A stretch of DNA of 64,000 bases from a virus. Its lineage: Duplodnaviria > Caudoviricetes. The notes under the pieces were generated by a model. That model was given only the letters and a program-made list of their open reading frames with translations. It was not told the DNA's origin and made no database searches. Position numbers and translations under genes: made by a program. Location of the stretch: IMG/VR virus record IMGVR_UViG_3300020388_000009. One strand, written 5' to 3'. Shown here one piece after another: positions 58,336 through 64,000 of the stretch; the stretch's first letter is position 1; every line of letters begins with the position of its first letter.

Positions 58336-60072
58336 CTATATAGTATCTAAGCCATGAACTAATACTTTACCGTAGAATTCAGGACGAACTATTTTCTTAG
58401 CATAACGAGTCATAACACCTTTTCTTGGAGTAAAGTTGTCTGGATCGTATACCAATGGAGTCATAATTAATGGAATGTATGGAGAATATACAGCACCTGT
58501 TTCTAGGAACTGAGATCCACGATATCCCATTAAAATAGAATTTTCAGTCATATATGGATTCTTATAAACTTGGAATCTAGAATTAATAGATCCAACTTTT
58601 TGAACACCCATTGCAAACTGCATTTTATCACCATCTGTATCAGCAGCATATCCTGGAATAGATTCTAGGATAGTCGCAACAGTTGGAGAACATACAAGGA
58701 AGTTAGCTCCACCTCTTAAAGTTAATTGGTGAATTTTGTTCGAAACTTTTTGTATTTTAGTACCTAAAGTTTGGAACCATGTTCCTTGGTTATATGCTTG
58801 AGCTGCAGAATTTCCGGCATTAAATCCACCAACGGCTGCATTATACTCATAACCTACTTTCGCAGACCATCTTTCAACAGTTTGAGCATTTTCTTGTAAC
58901 ATGCCTAAAATTTCTAAATCAATTTCTTGCGAAACGTATTCAGATAACATGCTAGTCAATTCTGCTTCAGCATCAATTGAATGATATGCATTTAAATCTT
59001 GGGCAAATTCTGGAGTCCATACTGCCTTCAACTTACGTGTCTTTGCAACAATGGCTTCAGATCTCATTTCAAGATTAATTTCTGGAATATTTAAAGAAGT
59101 GGAGCCGTTCATGTCTTCGTTAGGAGCTTGATCTTCGTAGTCACCTCTAGTAATATCAGATGGTTGTAACGCAAATGATACTTTAAATGCAGATGTCGCT
59201 TTGATATCTGCATCTTTCTTAATTAAGAATTCAATATGCGAACCGTTAGCAGTTGTTCTAGTAAATTCTGGATAGAATGCATTTGATCCAGACAAGTTAA
59301 ATGAACGAACAGCTTCTTGATCATAACGAGCAGCTACAGATGCATCTGAATGTAATGATTTAGAAGGTACTGATAAAATAACATGATTATCACCATGTAC
59401 AGATGCAGAAAACTCAGAATTAAAGTTTGTAAAGATACCTAACTCTGTAGCAGTCATTGCATCACCTGCTGATGCAGCAGTAGATGTAAATAAACCAGTA
59501 GTTGCAGATATAGAACCAGTTCTTGCAGTAGTAATTCCAGATTCACCTAATGTAACAGAAGCACCTTCCACCATATTAACTGAATATCCAAAACGACCTG
59601 GGCCATAAAGACCTTCAGTTCCTGGTGTTCCTTTACGAGCATCAGTGATACCAAATACAGAATCAGATTGAGCATCTTTTCCTTGACCAGTCAAGAAATC
59701 ATTTCCACCTGCTTGGTCAATTTGATTAACCGCAGTACCATATTTAAAGTCTAAGTAAAATACTAGACCAGATGGTAAGTTCATTGGTTGTACAGAAACA
59801 AAGTCTTTAGCAGCAATTTCAGCAAAAATTCTACGAACTAATGGAAGAGCTACCCCTGACCATTCTTCTGAATTTGAGTTTCCACCTGTCGCAGATGCTT
59901 CTGTTACCAATTGCTTGGCTTGGTTCTCTAAAAGAACGGCCATGCCTTTTCTTTCAACCTCTGATGATAATCCTTCCAATAAACCAGTCCTTTCCCACTT
60001 ACGTTCAAGTGCGATAGCAGCTGCATTTTGATTGGCACGACCATCTTGAGGCAATAATGAATTTATATTCAT
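58336..60072 (-). CDS. gp23: Major capsid protein (gp23-like)
   Basis: LLENQ, VQPM..PSGLVF, AKTRKLKA.W..E.AQDL.A.H..DAEAEL, YSPYIPL, FTPRKGVMTRY. Confidence 0.97.
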   Translation of the reverse strand: MNINSLLPQDGRANQNAAAIALERKWERTGLLEGLSSEVERKGMAVLLENQAKQLVTEASATGGNSNSEEWSGVALPLVRRIFAEIAAKDFVSVQPMNLPSGLVFYLDFKYGTAVNQIDQAGGNDFLTGQGKDAQSDSVFGITDARKGTPGTEGLYGPGRFGYSVNMVEGASVTLGESGITTARTGSISATTGLFTSTAASAGDAMTATELGIFTNFNSEFSASVHGDNHVILSVPSKSLHSDASVAARYDQEAVRSFNLSGSNAFYPEFTRTTANGSHIEFLIKKDADIKATSAFKVSFALQPSDITRGDYEDQAPNEDMNGSTSLNIPEINLEMRSEAIVAKTRKLKAVWTPEFAQDLNAYHSIDAEAELTSMLSEYVSQEIDLEILGMLQENAQTVERWSAKVGYEYNAAVGGFNAGNSAAQAYNQGTWFQTLGTKIQKVSNKIHQLTLRGGANFLVCSPTVATILESIPGYAADTDGDKMQFAMGVQKVGSINSRFQVYKNPYMTENSILMGYRGSQFLETGAVYSPYIPLIMTPLVYDPDNFTPRKGVMTRYAKKIVRPEFYGKVLVHGLDTI

Positions 60073-60085
60073 TTTCTTTTCCTTT

Positions 60086-60991
60086 TTACAGATTAGCTAA
60101 TTTTTTCCATCTAGCAGATAATGCAGTACCTTCAGAAATCACTTTCTTTGGAGCTGTTGACCGACTAGGTGTAGAAGCATAGCTTTCTTTGATTGATCTT
60201 TTTGTTTTACCATTCAAGTTAAACGATTCAGATAATGTAGCATAAACTAATTTTACTTCACGAATAGATGAAGCGCGATCAAAGTTTTCAATTACTTTCA
60301 TTTTCTGAGATTCATTCATTGAATGATTTTTAAACAATTTGTTTGAGAATAATAATTTTGCATTAAGAAGATTAACTTCATTAATTTTACCTTTCAAGAA
60401 TCGAATAACGTTGTAAGCTTCTTCTAAGTCTTTTTTAGATTCGCCTTCATCTTCTTTAGCTTCTTCCACAGGGGTTTCATCTGCTTCATCTTCTTCTCTT
60501 AAAGCATTAATAATTTCATCAATAGAAATATCTTCATCTACTTCATCGCCGCGGCCTTCTTCAGCCACAGGAGCATCATCTTCACCTTCTGCATTTTCTG
60601 CAACTGGTTCTTCAGAAGCTGGTTCTTCTTCTTCATGAATTTCAGATTCTAATTCTTTGATAATCGCTTCTAATTCTAGATCTTCATCTTCAGCTACCGG
60701 CTCATCTTCAGGTGCCATTTCTTCAGAATGAACATCCATTGGATCTTCATCTGCATCCATGATACCTCTGCCTTCAGCTGCTACTGGCTCTTCCACCGGT
60801 GGTTCTTCAGCTACTGGTTCAGCTTCTAATTCTGGTTCATCTAAACCTTCTTCTTCAGCTAATTTAGCAGATAACATTGATTGTAATCTAGGAGTAAAAG
60901 CTTCTTCTAATGCAATTTTAGCATTAGCAAGTGCAGTTTCTCTTACGGCTTTCGCGTCTGCAATTGCTTCTTTTAATAAATCATTTGCCAT
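60086..60991 (-). CDS. Prohead core scaffolding protein (gp22-like)
   Basis: Very acidic, coiled-coil, many LxE sites; directly upstream of capsid gene; ends RWKKLANL. Confidence 0.8.
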   Translation of the reverse strand: MANDLLKEAIADAKAVRETALANAKIALEEAFTPRLQSMLSAKLAEEEGLDEPELEAEPVAEEPPVEEPVAAEGRGIMDADEDPMDVHSEEMAPEDEPVAEDEDLELEAIIKELESEIHEEEEPASEEPVAENAEGEDDAPVAEEGRGDEVDEDISIDEIINALREEDEADETPVEEAKEDEGESKKDLEEAYNVIRFLKGKINEVNLLNAKLLFSNKLFKNHSMNESQKMKVIENFDRASSIREVKLVYATLSESFNLNGKTKRSIKESYASTPSRSTAPKKVISEGTALSARWKKLANL

Positions 60992-61110
60992 GATTTTTCC
61001 TCTTATTTAATTTGGAAATAAGGCTATTAAGAGCCTCAATAGGAAGTACTAATGTACTTATTTAGATAGAATTCGAGTGACCGATTATTAAAATACGGTA
61101 TCGTTAACAT
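60992..61110 (-). promoter_or_regulatory. Structured 5' leader of the scaffold/capsid mRNA (three hairpins plus SD AGAGGA)
   Basis: Stems at 61074-61103, 61044-61059 and 61019-61038. Confidence 0.55.
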
Positions 61111-61153
61111 TTATATATATGCAGTAATTTACAAAAACATTCGTTTAAAACGT

Positions 61154-61173
61154 AAAAAAGTGCCAAAAGGCAC
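61154..61173 (-). terminator. Intrinsic terminator after bS21
   Basis: GTGCC-TTTT-GGCAC-TTTTTT. Confidence 0.8.
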
Positions 61174-61178
61174 AATTT

Positions 61179-61430
61179 TTACTGATTCTGGTCATCTAAC
61201 CATTGATAATACTTGGCTCGATCAACCTCCTCTTTTCGTTTTTGACCTTTTGATTTAAATTCTTTACGGTCTTTTAATTCTTGAATCTTCCCAGATTCTT
61301 TTAATTCTCTTTTAAAAGCTTTTAATGCTGAGTTTATATCACCTTTTGGATATTGTTTTGTTGATAAAACTTTAACAGCTACACCTGCACCAGGTATAAT
61401 ACTTTTGAAATGTTTACTTTGTTTACTCAT
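61179..61430 (-). CDS. rpsU: Phage-encoded ribosomal protein bS21
   Basis: V.V...DINSALKAFKR..KESG...ELKDRKEF....QKRK; basic, 83 aa; head-module location as in reported bS21 phages. Confidence 0.85.
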   Translation of the reverse strand: MSKQSKHFKSIIPGAGVAVKVLSTKQYPKGDINSALKAFKRELKESGKIQELKDRKEFKSKGQKRKEEVDRAKYYQWLDDQNQ

Positions 61431-61460
61431 GTAACTTATTTTATTTTAATATTAATTGAT

Positions 61461-61490
61461 AATATAACAAATATATTTCAAACGTCCTAA
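61461..61490 (-). promoter_or_regulatory. Class E promoter for bS21
   Basis: TTAGG acgtt TGAAAT atatttg TTATATT; also contains TATATTTG. Confidence 0.65.
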
Positions 61491-61900
61491 TCTTCTGATA
61501 AAGATTCACCTATCTTATAATAACGATTTAAAACAGTACCCATATCTTCATATGCCGATTCTAAACGTTGTTGCATTGAACTCATCTCTGTTGCAGTTTT
61601 TTCAAAAACTTTATAAGCTTCATTCATTTGTTTCATATGTCTAGAAGTAGTAACATTATCAAACCAATGTTCAGTTTCTGATAAAGTCATCTTTTCTGCC
61701 CGTTCTACCACGCTTTTTAGAGTCTCTGCAACTTCTTTTAATCTACCCGAACCATATACCATCTCACCTAACTTATGAAAATTACCGACTGCTTCAAGAA
61801 ACTCATTACGTTCTTCTTTTGTCATTTTTTCATCATCTGTTTCTCCTAAATATTTTTCATTTAAGATATGCTTCATTAATTTGTTTTCGTATTTGTTCAT
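61487..61900 (-). CDS. Head-module helical protein (137 aa)
   Basis: HWFDNVT..RHMK, QRLESAYEDMG.VLNRYY; N-terminal ILNE. Confidence 0.7.
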   Translation of the reverse strand: MNKYENKLMKHILNEKYLGETDDEKMTKEERNEFLEAVGNFHKLGEMVYGSGRLKEVAETLKSVVERAEKMTLSETEHWFDNVTTSRHMKQMNEAYKVFEKTATEMSSMQQRLESAYEDMGTVLNRYYKIGESLSED

Positions 61901-62202
61901 TATATATCTCCTATATCTGCAGAAAAAGTATCTTGTTTAGCTAAATTTTGTTTCCGATCTAACATTTTTCCCATTGCAGCAACTTGCTTTTCTGCTCCTT
62001 GCAAATATCTAGCAACTTGATTTTGTAATTGTTGATATTGAGGATCACCAGTTTCTTCATCTTTAGCTTCTAATGCAGTTACTATTTCTTTTTGAAAATC
62101 TTCCATTGCTGTGAGTAGTCCATTTGTTTGTTCAATAAAGTATGCATAATCAACTGGTTCTGATTGTTCCTTTAATAATTTACTTAATTTTATCCTACTC
62201 AT
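61900..62202 (-). CDS. Probable internal head/core protein (true start MSRIKLSKLLKE)
   Basis: The longer call overlaps the upstream ORF; ATG at 62202 overlaps its end. Confidence 0.65.
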   Translation of the reverse strand: MSRIKLSKLLKEQSEPVDYAYFIEQTNGLLTAMEDFQKEIVTALEAKDEETGDPQYQQLQNQVARYLQGAEKQVAAMGKMLDRKQNLAKQDTFSADIGDI

Positions 62203-62404
62203 AACTTCTCTCCGCTGGTATATTTCCGAACACGTCCGGTCCAGATGGTTTAGTTCCATTTTTTGATTTACTAGCATATTTACTACGACCATCCTCTAAC
62301 CCTGATGTTCCTTCATTTGCCAATGTATCAAATACTTCGCCAGTACCTTTTGATCCTTTTTTATTATAAGGACCGTATTGTGATTGTAAATCTTCTAATG
62401 CCAT
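62195..62404 (-). CDS. Hypothetical protein (69 aa)
   Basis: Immediately after the protease; MALEDLQS start resembles MALMDLKS of the gene at 12865. Confidence 0.6.
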   Translation of the reverse strand: MALEDLQSQYGPYNKKGSKGTGEVFDTLANEGTSGLEDGRSKYASKSKNGTKPSGPDVFGNIPAERSYE

Positions 62405-62406
62405 AA

Positions 62407-63012
62407 TTAAAACTCCGTTATAATATCAGTAATAATACGTTCTACATTTGCAAATTTATTTGCAGTAACAGATCCTTTAGATTCATTTACTGGAGATAAA
62501 AATGCTCCATGAGTGGATGGATTAGAAACAAAGTCAAATGCAATTAATTCAAAGTCTGGCTGTACCTCTAATGTATCTCCGCCTTCTCTCATTACTTCTT
62601 TAACAGATCCCATTCCTCGTGATGATATACCTAATCGTATACCTGATTTAAAAAGTTCTTTAAGAATATTTCCTGCAGGAGTTCCTAACACTTCAACTTT
62701 ACCTACCAAATCATCCCCTTGCCATCCCATTTCTAAAACGTTATGAGATACATTATTTAAATTAACTACCGATGAATCCGGATGATCCAATTCTCCTAAT
62801 GCACGTCGTTCTTTGATAAATGTAGCAGAATAATTATTTGCTTCACGCATTAAAGTTTCTTTTGGATAAATTCTTCCATTTTGATTTTTTGCTTCTGCTC
62901 TCTGAAGAACTCCTTTTACAATTAATTTACCATTATTTTGAGTTAATGATTCATTTATTGCTTGGGGTGATACTTCAAATACTGTATAATCTACTAAAAG
63001 TTGCTTATTCAT
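62407..63012 (-). CDS. gp21: Prohead core protease (gp21-like)
   Basis: NQNGRIYP, ALGELDHP, VSH, GISSRGMGS, DFVSNPST. Confidence 0.95.
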   Translation of the reverse strand: MNKQLLVDYTVFEVSPQAINESLTQNNGKLIVKGVLQRAEAKNQNGRIYPKETLMREANNYSATFIKERRALGELDHPDSSVVNLNNVSHNVLEMGWQGDDLVGKVEVLGTPAGNILKELFKSGIRLGISSRGMGSVKEVMREGGDTLEVQPDFELIAFDFVSNPSTHGAFLSPVNESKGSVTANKFANVERIITDIITEF

Positions 63013-63014
63013 TT

Positions 63015-63167
63015 TTATCCTTTATTATATAATCCTGAATTTATAAAAGCAACGTGTTGTTCGTATCGCTTTCTTTCATCTGCATATTTACGTTTTTGTT
63101 CTTGTAATGTTAAATTTTGGTTTTCTTTAGCCTTTACAAATTGTTGCCAAGTTCTATTTAATATCAT
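63015..63167 (-). CDS. Small protein (50 aa)
   Basis: Not in track; MILNRTWQQFVKAKENQNLTLQEQKRKYADERKRYEQHVAFINSGLYNKG; ATGA overlap with upstream stop. Confidence 0.7.
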   Translation of the reverse strand: MILNRTWQQFVKAKENQNLTLQEQKRKYADERKRYEQHVAFINSGLYNKG

Positions 63168-63811
63168 TGTGATAGTTCCTTTAATCGATTTGCTACTCGT
63201 AACATGCGTTCATTAATTTTTGCAAAACGTCTACCAGTTGCTTTCCAGAAATGGCCGGACTGTACTCCCATTTCGGTTTTCAATCGTAAATTGTTATTGA
63301 CGATTTTTTCCATCTCGCCTAACATTTTATTAACTTCCATGATACCTCTGTTAACTTTTTGTTGAGGAGTTGATGTAGGATCTTTTTTATAATCGCGATA
63401 TGAAATTTCATGAAGATCTTCCATAGTTGATATCATTTTTTTATACATACTTTCAAAATGCTTTTCAGAAGATTTAGATTTTTTATAATCAAATACTTCT
63501 GCATTATCATTTTCATCTTCCGATTTACCAAATGCATGAGGAGTTTTTACAGGACCTTCGCCGCCATCTAAATTACCAGTCACATTAGCTTCTTCTAATT
63601 CTTTATCTTTAACAGCCTTTTTCATTGGCTCTTTTTTATCACCATCACCGTCCATATCTAAATAATCTGGCTTAGCGGCTTCATCAACTTCTTTATCTTT
63701 AACGGCCTTTTTAAAAGGCTCTGTTTTATCACCATCTTTATCTACGTCCATGAAATCGGGTTTAGCTTTTGCTTCTTGTAAATATTTTTGCAATTCTTCG
63801 ATTAGTTTCAT
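63164..63811 (-). CDS. Prohead core-like protein with two DxDxDG repeats
   Basis: AKPD[FY][ML]D.D.DGDK.EP.KKAVKDKE twice, 90-bp period; LQE/LEE sites. Confidence 0.65.
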   Translation of the reverse strand: MKLIEELQKYLQEAKAKPDFMDVDKDGDKTEPFKKAVKDKEVDEAAKPDYLDMDGDGDKKEPMKKAVKDKELEEANVTGNLDGGEGPVKTPHAFGKSEDENDNAEVFDYKKSKSSEKHFESMYKKMISTMEDLHEISYRDYKKDPTSTPQQKVNRGIMEVNKMLGEMEKIVNNNLRLKTEMGVQSGHFWKATGRRFAKINERMLRVANRLKELSQ

Positions 63812-63815
63812 AACA

Positions 63816-64000
63816 TTATCCTATTTTAATACCTTTAAATACAAATATCTTAGGGGTGTCTGCAACTGAACCTGAAATTTGAATTACAGACAAATCATGT
63901 ATTTCTCCAGTATTTAGATTAGGTGCATATAATTCGCCTCCCTGGACTAAACTCATTGTCGCTTTTCCAGGAGCAGCTATCAATACGGGGCCATAACCTA
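63816..64000 (-). CDS. C-terminal part of a small probable virion protein
   Basis: Open frame ...GGELYAPNLNTGEIHDLSVIQISGSVADTPKIFVFKGIKIG*. Confidence 0.6.
   Translation of the reverse strand, partial: GYGPVLIAAPGKATMSLVQGGELYAPNLNTGEIHDLSVIQISGSVADTPKIFVFKGIKIG

Noticed and set aside
61900-62292. 130-aa ORF as called
   Set aside because: Its first 30 codons overlap the 69-aa gene; ATG at 62202 gives the leader shared with other head proteins
673-63216. All plus-strand ORFs in the track (e.g. 25610-26239, 30383-30979, 19418-19798)
   Set aside because: Antisense shadows of minus-strand genes; no recognisable motifs or initiation signals
1-64000. Stop-codon reassignment, introns or inteins, tRNA genes
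   Set aside because: Genes are intact and tightly packed under the standard code with all three stops used; core genes have normal lengths; no tRNA-like fold seen in the short intergenic gaps

Overview
AT-rich segment of a large T4-like (myovirus) phage genome. All credible genes are on the minus strand and use the standard code. Read in the direction of transcription (right to left) it contains: (1) a head module with prohead-core-like proteins, gp21-like protease, ribosomal protein bS21, scaffold and gp23-like major capsid protein; (2) an inserted AAA ATPase and PhoH; (3) about 33 kb of large, repeat-rich fibre/virion-surface genes; (4) neck gp13/gp14/gp15, sheath gp18, tube gp19, a chaperone pair, tape measure and baseplate genes; (5) a short family-A polymerase, probable internal head proteins, gp32-like SSB, UvsX/RecA, a 5'-3' exonuclease and the start of a DnaB/gp41-like helicase. 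Promoter architecture, the bS21 C-terminus and one host-like domain point to a Bacteroidota/FCB host (inference). Main leads: a [ST]-[GAS]-S tripeptide heavily enriched in probable virion-surface proteins, a candidate modification sequon; a stand-alone SD-less bS21 unit beside SD-led late genes; a U7 +1/-2 frameshift in the tail chaperone pair; a structured leader on the scaffold/capsid mRNA; and two distinct promoter classes. All assignments come from motif recognition and synteny; no searches were run.
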